64,000 bases of DNA. It comes from an uncultured Gammaproteobacteria bacterium. GTDB taxonomy: Bacteria; Pseudomonadota; Gammaproteobacteria; CAKMZV01. Where the stretch lies: positions 12,442-76,441 of the forward strand of contig CAKMZV010000005.1 of the NCBI GenBank assembly GCA_929200535.1, in the 5' to 3' direction. Under the pieces are notes generated by a model. It saw only the letters and a list, made by a program, of their open reading frames with translations. It did not search any database and was not told the origin of the DNA. The position numbers were made by a program, and so were the translations under genes. Shown piece by piece: positions 1-10,965 of this stretch. Every line of letters begins with the position of its first letter. Position 1 is the stretch's first letter.

Positions 1-387
<387 letters not shown>

Positions 388-396
388 GTTCTAATT

Positions 397-1173
397 ATGA
401 CCTCACTTTTTTCTGTTAAAGGAAAAAATGCGTTAATTACTGGTGCCAGCAGTGGCATTGGTGCAGAAATTGCATTGGCTCTTGCGAATGCAGGAGCCAA
501 TGTTTTGTTACTTGCTCGCCGAGAAGAGCTACTGCAAGAACAACAAAAACGCATTCAAACAGCTTGCCCACAAAGTAATGTCGCAATCCTAACCACCGAT
601 CTTACTCAATGTAAAAATGACAGTGATTGGCAAACAATTCACCAGCAATTTAGGGAAAAAATTGGTGAAATTGATATACTCTGTAATGTCGCTGGTATCA
701 ATCTTCGTCAACCTTGGGATGAAATCACTGCCGATACATGGCAACAAACCATCGATATAAATCTTAGCATCCCTTTTTTCCTCGCTCGTCAATTAGTACC
801 AAAGATGATTGATAATGGTTGGGGAAAAATCATCAATATAGCCTCATTGCAATCAATGCGAGCTTTCCCTAATAGTATGCCCTATGGAGCCTCAAAAGGA
901 GGCGTAATGCAACTCACCAGAGCGATGGCAGAAGCATGGTCAAGAAATGGTATTAGCGTCAATGCAATTGCTCCAGGATTCTTTCCCACCGAACTCACTG
1001 CTCCTGTTTTTAATGATACACAGCGTGCTCAAAAACTTGCCGAACAAACCAGTTGCAAACGCAATGGTGAACTGAAAGACCTACACGGAATAAGCGTTTT
1101 TCTCGCCTCTCCCGCCTCAGATTACATTACTGGGCAAACCCTATTTATAGATGGTGGATTTACTGCGAGTTGA
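397..1173 (+). CDS. short-chain dehydrogenase/reductase (SDR) family oxidoreductase
   Basis: N-terminal TGASSGIGAEIALALANAGANV Rossmann motif. Downstream Y/K region (MPYGASKGG) typical of classical SDRs. Confidence 0.8.
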   Translation: MTSLFSVKGKNALITGASSGIGAEIALALANAGANVLLLARREELLQEQQKRIQTACPQSNVAILTTDLTQCKNDSDWQTIHQQFREKIGEIDILCNVAGINLRQPWDEITADTWQQTIDINLSIPFFLARQLVPKMIDNGWGKIINIASLQSMRAFPNSMPYGASKGGVMQLTRAMAEAWSRNGISVNAIAPGFFPTELTAPVFNDTQRAQKLAEQTSCKRNGELKDLHGISVFLASPASDYITGQTLFIDGGFTAS

Positions 1174-1289
1174 TTATTGGTTTTTAAAAAATCCACAGAT
1201 TAACACAGAGAAAATAATTTGTGAATTCTTTGAATTCCCTATTTCCCACGCTCCTGCGTTGCTTTACGGGTGCTATATTTAATTTAGGT

Positions 1290-1310
1290 ACGTTTTTCCA
1301 AACGTTTTTT
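1290..1310 (+). terminator. candidate rho-independent terminator after the SDR gene (acgttt-ttcc-aaacgt stem-loop followed by T6)
   Basis: 6-bp inverted repeat with 4-nt loop followed by tttttt, between convergent genes. The stem is weak and AT-rich. Confidence 0.35.
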
Positions 1311-1370
1311 AATTGCTATACTTCGTTTGGGTTAGGGGATGAGGTGGTTTTTATAGTTCATAATTGCCTT

Positions 1371-3491
1371 TTAAAGTTCAGTCGGATCAAGGCGTAGCGA
1401 CCAGCGTAATAGTGAAGGGCGTTGCCATTGTTTGATGGTGTTAATGGTGGGTTTAAGGAGTTGATGCAAGGCTTTGCGGTGGGTACAATGAATGAGAAAT
1501 TGGAGGCGGTAATGAATGCCGATTTTTTCAATACTGGCAGGGACGACTGGGTAAATAATAAACTCCTCTTGGAGATTGTTTTGTGCCGTATAGTCAAGGA
1601 CTATTTTATGAGCTTTTTGAATAAAATCTGTGGCGTGTTGTTGATTTGGACATTCAACTCTTAGCAGGGCTTGGGGATAGTAAGGCGGTAATTTGCTACT
1701 TTGGCGTTGGTTGAGGAGTTTATTGGCAGAGTGAATGTAGCCGTATTGAAACAGGTTTTGCAGAGTAGGGTGAGTGGGATGGTGGGTTTGGATAAGCACT
1801 TGACCATTTTTTTCACCTCTGCCTGAACGCCCTGAAACTTGAGTAATTAACTGAATTAACTTCTCTTCAGTGCGATAATGTGGGCTGAGTAGTCCTTGAT
1901 CGGTATTGATGATTCCCACAAGCGTCACATTTGGAAGATCATGCCCTTTACTCACCATTTGAGTGCCTAATAGAATATCTATTTCATTATCGTGCATTTT
2001 TTTAAGGATGGCTTGCATACTCCCTTTGCGTTGGGTACTGTCACGGTCTAAGCGGGCAATGGTCGCTTGTGGAAACTGCTCTCTAAGTAGTTCCTCAATT
2101 TTTTCAGTGCCATCGCCAAGGGTACGTAAATCATTCGATTGGCAGGATGGGCAGTGTGATGGGCTACGTGCTTTCCAATCACATATATGGCAATGTAGGG
2201 CATCTTTTTTACGGTGAAAAGTAGGAGGTCTTTCACAGTGTATGCATTCGGGTATCCAACCACAAGAATGGCAAATAAGTACAGGAGAATAACCCCGACG
2301 ATTAAGGAATAGAATGCTCTGTTCTTTTTTGGTAATATTGGCTTTAATTTCCTTAATAAGAGGTTCGCTAAGCGAGCTATTTCTTTGACGCATATCGATA
2401 AAACGAGTTTTTGGGAAACTTCCCTCACCGGCACGTTGAGGTAATGAAAGAAGACGATAATGCTTATGATAGGTATTGTGCAAACTTTCAAAAGACGGCG
2501 TAGCTGAGCCGAGCACAATAGGAATATCTTCAAGTTTGGCACGCATTACCCCAACATCTCTGGCACAATAATGCACCCCATCGTGCTGGCGGTAAGAATC
2601 ATCGTGTTCCTCATCAATAATAATCATTCCAAGATTGGCAAGTGGGGTAAAAACGGCAGATCTTGTGCCGAGAATAATTTGTGCTGTGCCTTCTTTCGCA
2701 GCTTGCCAAGCAATTGCTCTTTTCTTTTCTGTGCGTTCAGAATGATAAACATACAGATTATCAAAGCATTGGCTAAAGCGATGAATATTTTGTTGGGTAA
2801 GAGCAATTTCAGGAACAAGAATAAGAATTTGTTTCCCCTGATTAAGGCAGGCTTGAGTGAGTTGCAAATAAACCTCAGTCTTGCCACTACCAGTGACACC
2901 GTGTAGCAACCAAGCAGTAAAACCTTGTGGTTCTTTTTGAATTGTTTGAATGGCTTTTTGTTGCTCCGCATTGAGTTCATCAAATGAGCGTAATGTATTT
3001 TTTTGTTTTTCAGATAACGAGCCTGCAATAATCTCCTTATCTGAGGGAGCAGGTTTATCTAACCAAAAACGCCGAGGTAATGCCGTTTGCCAAATAATCC
3101 CCTCCCAATGATAGTAATAAGTCGTCATCCATAGGATAAGGTCATTAAGTTTTGGCGGAAGAATAGGCTCCCTATCAATAATTTCCTCAATAGGTTTGAG
3201 CTGATACTTCTCTGGTAAGGAATCAGCCGTGATTTTTTGGCAACTATAAACAATACCAATTCGCTTTTTTTTGCCAAGCAAAACAGCCACCCGACAAAAT
3301 AAAGGAATAGCCTCAACAGAGCGATAACTCAATGCTTGAAGCGATAAAGGAAAAAGAACTTCAATGCGATGTCCGCCGTCCCTTTGTGAGGCACCTAAAG
3401 GGCAACTATTATTCCTCCCCTCCTTGGGGAAGGTACCCGAAGGGTCAGCATTCCCCTCCCTTGGAGGGGTGCCCGAAGGATTTGTCTTCAT
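1371..3491 (-). CDS. priA: primosomal protein N' (replication restart helicase PriA)
   Basis: Walker A LLHGVTGSGKTEVYL, DEEHD box, and the Cys-rich zinc region CHSCGWIPECIHCERP...CHIC...CPSC. N-terminal region aligns with E. coli PriA from about 'IEVLFPLSL' onward. The first ~35 codons of the ORF are the GC-rich tandem repeat, so the true start is uncertain. Confidence 0.9.
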   Translation of the reverse strand: MKTNPSGTPPREGNADPSGTFPKEGRNNSCPLGASQRDGGHRIEVLFPLSLQALSYRSVEAIPLFCRVAVLLGKKKRIGIVYSCQKITADSLPEKYQLKPIEEIIDREPILPPKLNDLILWMTTYYYHWEGIIWQTALPRRFWLDKPAPSDKEIIAGSLSEKQKNTLRSFDELNAEQQKAIQTIQKEPQGFTAWLLHGVTGSGKTEVYLQLTQACLNQGKQILILVPEIALTQQNIHRFSQCFDNLYVYHSERTEKKRAIAWQAAKEGTAQIILGTRSAVFTPLANLGMIIIDEEHDDSYRQHDGVHYCARDVGVMRAKLEDIPIVLGSATPSFESLHNTYHKHYRLLSLPQRAGEGSFPKTRFIDMRQRNSSLSEPLIKEIKANITKKEQSILFLNRRGYSPVLICHSCGWIPECIHCERPPTFHRKKDALHCHICDWKARSPSHCPSCQSNDLRTLGDGTEKIEELLREQFPQATIARLDRDSTQRKGSMQAILKKMHDNEIDILLGTQMVSKGHDLPNVTLVGIINTDQGLLSPHYRTEEKLIQLITQVSGRSGRGEKNGQVLIQTHHPTHPTLQNLFQYGYIHSANKLLNQRQSSKLPPYYPQALLRVECPNQQHATDFIQKAHKIVLDYTAQNNLQEEFIIYPVVPASIEKIGIHYRLQFLIHCTHRKALHQLLKPTINTIKQWQRPSLLRWSLRLDPTEL
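3417..3479. repeat. GC-rich 27-bp direct repeat x2 (36-bp period) at the 5' end of priA; hairpin-forming (CC-UUCG-GG and CCCCUCC/GGAGGGG stems on the priA-sense strand)
   Basis: cccctccttggggaaggtacccgaagg (3417-3443) and cccctcccttggaggggtgcccgaagg (3453-3479), sharply GC-rich in an AT-rich genome. In-frame they encode PSGTPPREG / PSGTFPKEG upstream of the conserved PriA N-terminus. Confidence 0.6.
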
Positions 3492-4645
3492 TTCAATTTT
3501 TTTATTGCCTGCTCAATATCGCCAGGTAGTTGTGCTTCATCTTTTAATCTGCTTTGATGAAATTTATCATATTTTTCTTGTGCCAGTTGATCGGCTATTT
3601 GTTTTGTTACGTTTCCTGCATTGGTTAAAACTTCTTGGTTATTAAGTTGTAGAAATGCATCTAATTTTTCACGCCAATCTTTCATAAACATTTGTTTGTG
3701 ATTTTTAGCTTGGAGCTCGGCATAGTCTAAATACATTGTTACAATTCTGTTGAGCGTGTCTAATTCCTCTTTATATAGGCTACCTCTATTAAATATGACC
3801 CGTGTAAAAAAGCGAAAAATTCTCCCCAATTTCGTTGAAAAAAGTGGCAATAGAATGGCTATTACTCACTTTTTCCGCCTCATTGGGAATAATTTTTCAT
3901 CTTTTTTCCATCGTCCCATATTTAATAGAGATAGCCGATAATTTTTAGAAATAGTAACATCTTGTTTTCTTACTTTGTTTCCTTGCCAAGTCGTAAGCCC
4001 CATATTATCTTGCTTGACATCACTACGTTCTGCAATTACCTCGGCGGCGGTATGACCAGTCGCTGCAAAAATAAGTTTGTTTTGCACCACTTTAAAAAAT
4101 TCTTGTGTTTCTTCTGCCTTGGGTTCATAGTCTATGGATAGGGCATAAATATCCGTAATTTTGCGGTAAAAACGTTTTTCACTGGAACGTATATCTCGTA
4201 TCTCTTCTAATAGGTCATCAAAATAATCTTTACCAAAAGGGTTATCAGGATTTTTGAGTTTTTTATTATCAAGAACAAAACCTTTAATAATCAGTTCTTT
4301 TAGTTGCCGTGTTGCCCAAATTCTAAAGTGTGTTCCACGAATGGAATTGACTCGATAGCCTACTGAAATAATCATATCCAAATTGAAGAAATCCATTTGG
4401 TATGTTTTACCGTCTGTGGCAGTTGTTGCAAATTTTGCAACAACTGAATCTTTCTCTAACTCTTTGGTTTTATAGATGTTTTTGATGTGGCGACTGATGC
4501 CACTCTTATCAATGCCAAAAAGTTCTGCCATTTGATTGATGGTAAGCCAAATGGTTTCATCTTTGAGTAATACATCTACCTTTACCTCACCGTCTGGATT
4601 TCGGTAGAGTAAAAAATTGTTATGCTTGTTTGTTGCTTTATTCAC
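3488..4645 (-). pseudogene. rhuM: rhuM-family virulence/Fic-associated protein gene, split by a MITE insertion
   Basis: ORF 3866..4645 (259 aa) matches the RhuM N-terminal and central regions (...WLTINQMAELFGIDKSGISRHIKNIY...NLDMIISVGYRVNSIRGTHFRIWATRQLKELIIKGF...). ORF 3488..3850 carries the RhuM C-terminus (...DYAELQAKNHKQMFMKDWREKLDAFLQLNNQEVLTNAGNVTKQIADQLAQEKYDKF...). The break coincides with the 159-bp TIR element at 3778-3936. Confidence 0.7.
3778..3936. mobile_element. MITE-like element, family B copy 1 (20-bp TIR ggctacctctattaaatatg / catatttaatagagatagcc), inserted in rhuM
   Basis: Near-perfect terminal inverted repeats. A second copy with the same termini and subterminal module (atatgacccgtgtaaaaaagcga) lies at ~41656-41827. 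No ORF of transposase size. Confidence 0.65.
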
Positions 4646-4802
4646 TATTGGGTGGAAATAGTTGTTGTAATAAGCCTTTTTTATGGGTTTGCAATTATAG
4701 CAATCATGCGGATGAAAACACCACGGGAGGGGAATAACTACTCCGTCACTTCGTGGTATTCCTCTATGGGGGGAATAATCGCTTATTTTCGTATAAGAGT
4801 CT

Positions 4803-6242
4803 TCAGAGTTTTTGCTTGAGGAATTTATTGACTTCGGCTGGGTTTGCTTTGCCTTGGCTGGCTTTCATAATTTGTCCGACAAAGTAGCCGAATAGTTTGT
4901 CTTTGCCATCACGGTAGGCAGCGACTTGGTCTGGGTTTTGGGCGATTACTTCATCGACCATTTTTTCAATGGCTCCACTGTCGGTGATTTGTCTAAGCCC
5001 TTTTTTGTCGATAATTTCATCAACTTGTCCGCCATTTTGCCATAGTTCTTCAAAGATTTCTTTGGCGATTTTTCCAGAGATGGTTTTATCTGTGATGCGT
5101 TTAATGATTGTGCCGAGTTGTTCGGCTGATACTGGGCTTTCTTGGATATAGAGGTTGTCTTGGTTGAGCAGACCGGAGAAGTCGCCCATTACCCAGTTGG
5201 CACAAATTTTGTATTCTGTGCCGACGGTGTCGCATACGTTTTCAAAAAAATCGGCAATTTCACGTGAGTTGGTGAGCACTTGGGCATCGTATTCAGTGAG
5301 TTGGTATTGGTTTTGAAAGCGTTCACGTCGTGCATCGGGGAGTTCAGGTAGGTCTTTGGCAGCTAGTTTTATATCTTCGTCACTAACAATGACAGGGAGT
5401 AAATCTGGGTCTGGGAAGTAGCGGTAGTCATTGGCTTCTTCTTTGGTACGCATTGAGCGCGTTTCGCTTTTTTCTGAGTCGAATAGGCGAGTTTCTTGTA
5501 TAACTTTTTCACCTTTATCGAGCAGGGTGCTTTGTCTTTGGATTTCGTATTCTAAGGCTTTTTCTAAGAATTTAAAGGAGTTGATGTTTTTGATTTCCGC
5601 TCGGGTGCCGAGGGGGTCGCCTTTTTTATGTAGGGAAATGTTGGCATCCATACGGAATGAGCCTTCTTGCATATTGCCATCACAGATGCGTAGGTATTGC
5701 ACAATGGAGTGCATTTTTTTGGCGTAGGCAATGGTTTCTTCAATGGAGAATAAATCGGGTTCTGAAACAATTTCCAATAAGGGAGTGCCGGCACGGTTAA
5801 GATCAACACCACTTTGGTTAATAAAGTTTTCGTGTAATGATTTTCCAGCATCTTCTTCAAGGTGTGCTCGAGTAATCCCAATAATTTTGGTGCTTTTATC
5901 GGCGAGGGTGATGGTTATTTTTCCTTGACCAACGATTGGGAGTTCGTATTGGCTAATTTGATATCCTTTGGGGAGGTCGGGGTAGAAGTAGTTTTTGCGT
6001 GCAAACACCGAGCGTTTGCCAATTTCGGCTTCAATAGCTATGCCAAATTGTATTGCCATTTTAAGGGCTTGTTGATTGAGTACGGGAAGTACGCCTGGTA
6101 ATCCTAAATCAATGCCACAGGCTTGAGTATTGGGGGGTGAGCCAAATTTGGTTGAGGCAGGGGAGAAAATTTTAGTTTTGGTCGCGAGTTGGGCGTGAAT
6201 TTCTAAGCCGATAACGGGTTGCCAAGCATTCGTTTTATTCAT
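4803..6242 (-). CDS. gatB: Asp-tRNA(Asn)/Glu-tRNA(Gln) amidotransferase subunit B
   Basis: Full-length GatB similarity ([19 protein letters not shown]..., GatB/YqeY C-terminal domain). Sits in a gatCAB operon. Confidence 0.95.
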   Translation of the reverse strand: MNKTNAWQPVIGLEIHAQLATKTKIFSPASTKFGSPPNTQACGIDLGLPGVLPVLNQQALKMAIQFGIAIEAEIGKRSVFARKNYFYPDLPKGYQISQYELPIVGQGKITITLADKSTKIIGITRAHLEEDAGKSLHENFINQSGVDLNRAGTPLLEIVSEPDLFSIEETIAYAKKMHSIVQYLRICDGNMQEGSFRMDANISLHKKGDPLGTRAEIKNINSFKFLEKALEYEIQRQSTLLDKGEKVIQETRLFDSEKSETRSMRTKEEANDYRYFPDPDLLPVIVSDEDIKLAAKDLPELPDARRERFQNQYQLTEYDAQVLTNSREIADFFENVCDTVGTEYKICANWVMGDFSGLLNQDNLYIQESPVSAEQLGTIIKRITDKTISGKIAKEIFEELWQNGGQVDEIIDKKGLRQITDSGAIEKMVDEVIAQNPDQVAAYRDGKDKLFGYFVGQIMKASQGKANPAEVNKFLKQKL

Positions 6243-6264
6243 TGTCTTTTAGTAGAAAAATCGA

Positions 6265-7740
6265 TTAGTCAAAATTCGGTGGTGTTTGCAGGTGCCAGTC
6301 TGTGTTTTTTTGGTATTGATGGGCAATGTTTAAGATGTTATGCTCTTGTTTGTAGTTGCCAATGAGTTGCATTCCAAGCGGCCGTTTTTTCTCATCAAAA
6401 CCAATCGGTAATGCCATTGCAGGTAAGCCTGCGAGATTTACTGGAATGGTGAATATATCTTCCATATACACATTAACTGGGTCTTGATTATGAGAGTTAA
6501 GATTAAAGGCTGAGCCGGGCTTGGCTGGGAGGAGAATAGCTTCTACTTGTGAGAATGTGTTTTGAAATTGATTGGTGATGATTTGTCTGACTTTTTGAGC
6601 TTGTAGGTAGTAAGCATCAAAATAGCCTGCAGAGAGGACGTAAGTGCCTATCATTAATCGTCTTTTAACTTCTTCTCCAAATCCCTCAGAGCGAGAGCGT
6701 TTGTAAAGGTCCATCAAATCAACAGGGTCTTGACAGCGATAGCCATAGCGAACACCATCATAGCGTGAGAGGTTTGAGGAGGCTTCGGCAGAGGCAATAA
6801 TGTAGTAGGCAGCAATGGCACTTTGTAGGTTGTCAATTTCAATATTGACAATTTCGCAGCCGAGTTTTTTATATTCTTCTATGGCTTCGGTTAAGTGTTC
6901 TAAATTTGCCTTTCCTAGAATTTTTTGATCTTGCTCAAATAGGTGGTAGGGAACGCCGATTTTTTTTCCGCTGATTGAATCTTCAAGGTGTTGGCTGGTA
7001 GTGGTCTCGGGTTGTTGAATTGAGGTTGAGTCTTTTTCATCAAAGCCACTAATCACATCGAGTAAAAAAGCACAATCAGCAGCACTTTTTGCCATCGGTC
7101 CACCTTGATCTAAACTTGAGGCAAAGGCAATTTGCCCCCAACGGGATACAACGCCATAGGTTGGTTTTAAGCCAGTAATTCCACAGCAGGCAGCTGGTTG
7201 GCGAATTGATCCTCCGGTATCGGTTCCTACGGATAGAGGAGTTAATCTTGCGGCAACGGCAGCGGCAGAGCCACCTGAGGAACCACCAGGAATTGCATTT
7301 AAATCCCAAGGGTTGTGAGTGCTTCCAAAATAGCTCGTTTCAGTGGTTGAGCCCATAGCAAATTCATCCATATTGAGTTTGCCAAGAAGGGGCATATTTT
7401 GGGCAAAAACTTTGGCAGTAACCGTGGCGTTATAAGGGGCAATAAAATTTTCCAACATTCGACTGGCACAGGTGGTTTTTCCTCCATCTACGCAATAAAT
7501 ATCTTTGAGGGCAATAGGAATGCCTGTTAGCGGTGTGCAGTTGTTTTTTGCTCGTGCGGCATCGGCTTGCTTAGCTTGCTCTAAGGCTTGTTCTTCATTA
7601 AGGCTGATATAGGCTTTGGTTTTTTCATCAAGGCTTTTGCTACGCTCTAAAAAGTGCGTGGTGAGTTCAACGCTGCTTATTTTTTGTTGCGATAGTTGTT
7701 GGGAAAGTTCTTGAACACTGAGGTGGTGTAATTTACTCAT
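6265..7740 (-). CDS. gatA: Glu-tRNA(Gln) amidotransferase subunit A (amidase signature family)
   Basis: Amidase signature GGSSGGSAAAVAA. Full-length GatA similarity, adjacent to gatB and gatC. Confidence 0.95.
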   Translation of the reverse strand: MSKLHHLSVQELSQQLSQQKISSVELTTHFLERSKSLDEKTKAYISLNEEQALEQAKQADAARAKNNCTPLTGIPIALKDIYCVDGGKTTCASRMLENFIAPYNATVTAKVFAQNMPLLGKLNMDEFAMGSTTETSYFGSTHNPWDLNAIPGGSSGGSAAAVAARLTPLSVGTDTGGSIRQPAACCGITGLKPTYGVVSRWGQIAFASSLDQGGPMAKSAADCAFLLDVISGFDEKDSTSIQQPETTTSQHLEDSISGKKIGVPYHLFEQDQKILGKANLEHLTEAIEEYKKLGCEIVNIEIDNLQSAIAAYYIIASAEASSNLSRYDGVRYGYRCQDPVDLMDLYKRSRSEGFGEEVKRRLMIGTYVLSAGYFDAYYLQAQKVRQIITNQFQNTFSQVEAILLPAKPGSAFNLNSHNQDPVNVYMEDIFTIPVNLAGLPAMALPIGFDEKKRPLGMQLIGNYKQEHNILNIAHQYQKNTDWHLQTPPNFD

Positions 7741-7765
7741 ACAAAAAGGTTTTGTTGGTTATTCT

Positions 7766-7805
7766 GAGACTTTTTCACTTGTCATATTTTTTGTGCAAAG
7801 GTCTC
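7766..7805. repeat. minimal family-A element or solo terminus (gagactttttcac...acttgtcatattttttgtgcaaaggtctc) between gatC and gatA
   Basis: Contains the 28-bp family-A terminus (reverse complement of gagacctttgcacaaaagatatgacaagt) paired with a short degenerate gagac half-site. Confidence 0.5.
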
Positions 7806-8091
7806 ACTCTATAATGGTGGGCACAAGATATAATCCAGCTTCTGTTTGTGGGGCATTTTGTTGCATTTTTTCTCGCTGGTCTTTTTCTGTAACTACATCT
7901 TCACGTAATCTTTGGGTGATGGCTAAGGGGCTGGACATTGGCTCTACCTTAGATGTATCCACCTGATTAATTTGATCAATCAAGCTGATAACTTGATTAA
8001 ACTGTTCGGTAAATTTTGGGAGCTCTTGATCATTAAAATGAAGGCGTGCAAGATGAGCAACTTGTTTGATATTTTCGCTTTTTATGGACAT
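7804..8091 (-). CDS. gatC: Asp-tRNA(Asn)/Glu-tRNA(Gln) amidotransferase subunit C
   Basis: 95-aa protein, MSIKSENIKQVAHLARL..., typical GatC size and position upstream of gatA. Confidence 0.85.
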   Translation of the reverse strand: MSIKSENIKQVAHLARLHFNDQELPKFTEQFNQVISLIDQINQVDTSKVEPMSSPLAITQRLREDVVTEKDQREKMQQNAPQTEAGLYLVPTIIE

Positions 8092-8242
8092 TTATTTGTT
8101 GGTTCTTAGTTGATAAGAGGAATGAGGATTGGATGGCTTTTTGAGTAAATAAAATAGCACTTTTTTATCCATTTTAAATTGCTTTTCGTTTTATCCAAAA
8201 TTCTCATATTATAATTGTACAACAGGGGTTATGTATTGGTAG

Positions 8243-9325
<1,083 letters not shown>

Positions 9326-9328
9326 TTT

Positions 9329-9625
9329 GAGACCTTTGTACAAAAGATATGACAAGTAAAAAAGTAAAAAATTGCCTTGATTTTTATTCGCAAGCGCTTC
9401 AAACGCTGTTACTCTATGGTTCGTAAACTCACCAAGAGTAAAAACGCTTTTTGTGTTGTGAAACTTGCGAAGACGGACGTATTAGCTTCATTTCACGCCT
9501 CAATCAGAATAATTTTTTATCTTTTTTCTTTTACCTGCAAGCAGTTCAAACACTGTTACTCTAAGGCTCGCAAGCTCGCCAAGAGTAAAAACGTTTTTTG
9601 TGCCATACTTTTATGTAAAGGTCTC
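9329..9625. mobile_element. MITE-like element, family A copy 1 (TIR gagacctttgtacaaaag...cttttatgtaaaggtctc), with an internal ~70-bp module duplicated
   Basis: Begins 4 bp after the mreB stop. ~95% identical over shared parts to the copy at 30036-30263. Internal module (caagcgNttcaaacRctgttactctaWggYtcgYaaRctcRccaagagtaaaaacgYtttttgtg) is present twice (9379-9450, 9536-9606). Confidence 0.7.
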
Positions 9626-9665
9626 AATTTGTTTCTTTGATGCAATTAGATATGAAGCCCATTAG

Positions 9666-10487
9666 ATGTTGAATTCAACTCTAATAAAAATAGCACGCAA
9701 GGATGATTTACTAAAATTTTTTATTTTTGTTTTCCTTTGTTTGACATTACTCATCGCTCAAAAAGAGTTTCGATATTCCTTTCCTTTGAAAAATTACCTT
9801 TATTTTTGGGTAGAGCCTATTCGTAGCATCCCAGATGTTACTTTTCGTTGGTATCAACAATTCAATAAGTTTTTTTCTGCACTTGAAGGTGATTTACAGA
9901 GCAGAGTAGATTACTTAGAAAAACAAAACACCATACTTTCTGCACAAGTACGTCAATTACCGATTATTAAGCAGCAAAATAAAGAGTTGTTTACATTACT
10001 GGGGGTAAAAGCGGCTGTCCCAAATTTTAATGTAAAATTGGCAGAAGTTAAATACGTCAATAATAATTCTGTTTTACGAGAAATTAGTATTAACCTTGGT
10101 GTGGATGATGGAATTGAGGTCGGGCAAGCGGTGATTGATGCAAAAGGGATTATAGGTCAGGTGAAGTATGTTGGACTGAGTAGTTCAAAAGTACTATTAC
10201 TAACGGCTCCTTCCGTATCTGTTTCTGTGTATAACAAGCGTAATGGCTTGCGTGCTATTACCAACGGCTCTTCAACTGGGTTACGCTTAGATGCACCAGA
10301 TACTGGATTGAATATTCTTGTAGGTGATGTATTTGTGGCAACAGGCTTAGGCAATGTTTTTCCTTCAGGTTATCCAGTGGGTAGGGTAACTAAAATTCAA
10401 TCAGATCGTTATGTGATTAGAACCCAAATGCAACCTGTTACTTCTTTGCAAGCGTTAAAGAAGGTGCTTGTCTTAAAGAAAAATTAA
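9666..10487 (+). CDS. mreC: rod shape-determining protein MreC
   Basis: Position after mreB, coiled-coil N-terminus and beta-rich C-terminus with MreC-like G-rich motifs (GLGNVFPSGYPVGRV). Confidence 0.85.
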   Translation: MLNSTLIKIARKDDLLKFFIFVFLCLTLLIAQKEFRYSFPLKNYLYFWVEPIRSIPDVTFRWYQQFNKFFSALEGDLQSRVDYLEKQNTILSAQVRQLPIIKQQNKELFTLLGVKAAVPNFNVKLAEVKYVNNNSVLREISINLGVDDGIEVGQAVIDAKGIIGQVKYVGLSSSKVLLLTAPSVSVSVYNKRNGLRAITNGSSTGLRLDAPDTGLNILVGDVFVATGLGNVFPSGYPVGRVTKIQSDRYVIRTQMQPVTSLQALKKVLVLKKN

Positions 10488-10497
10488 AGATTACAAT

Positions 10498-10965
10498 ATG
10501 CCTTTTATTAGTGCTATTTCCACTGTCATTTTGGCGATTTTTCTGAGTATTTTCCCATTCTCTCAATCTGTTATTGGCTATATGCCTCCTTGGATGTTAG
10601 TTTTGTGTTTGCTTTTTATGTATCGAAAACCATTGGTCTTTGGTATTGTATGGGCTTTTTTATGTGGTTTTTTAAGTGATTTGCTTGAACAGTCATATAT
10701 AGGTTTTAATGGATTGTTATTTATTATTACTGGTATATTATTTAGATTATTGTTAGGATACTTTATTTCATTGTCAGAACTGGGTAAAGTATTTTTAGCC
10801 TTGATGCTTATTTTGTTTTATCAAGTATTGAAAATTGTGTTATTATTTTGGTTACATGATTACACTATTTATGATATTCAATACACTGAAACTTTGATTT
10901 CTAGTGTTATAGGCGTTGTTCTTTTATCATTGTTACATAATTTTTATCCTAAAGATGAAGGTTAA
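10498..10965 (+). CDS. mreD: rod shape-determining protein MreD
   Basis: 155-aa polytopic membrane protein immediately after mreC, overlapping the mrdA start. Confidence 0.75.
   Translation: MPFISAISTVILAIFLSIFPFSQSVIGYMPPWMLVLCLLFMYRKPLVFGIVWAFLCGFLSDLLEQSYIGFNGLLFIITGILFRLLLGYFISLSELGKVFLALMLILFYQVLKIVLLFWLHDYTIYDIQYTETLISSVIGVVLLSLLHNFYPKDEG

Noticed and set aside
3332-3645. Small plus-strand ORFs (65 and 93 aa) overlapping the priA 5' end
   Set aside because: Driven by the GC-rich tandem repeat and antisense to priA. No homology.
9379-9606. Two ~70-bp direct repeats separated by ~85 bp, which could be mistaken for a CRISPR-like array
   Set aside because: Only two repeats, a long spacer that is itself part of the element, and TIR ends (gagacc...ggtctc). 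This is an internal module duplication of a MITE, not a CRISPR array. No cas genes in the window.
9377-9640. 87-aa tool ORF (MIFIRKRFKRCYSMVRKL...) and the short MTSKKVKNCLDFYSQALQTLLLYGS ORF
   Set aside because: Both lie entirely within the repetitive MITE. Low-complexity basic composition. Likely non-coding.
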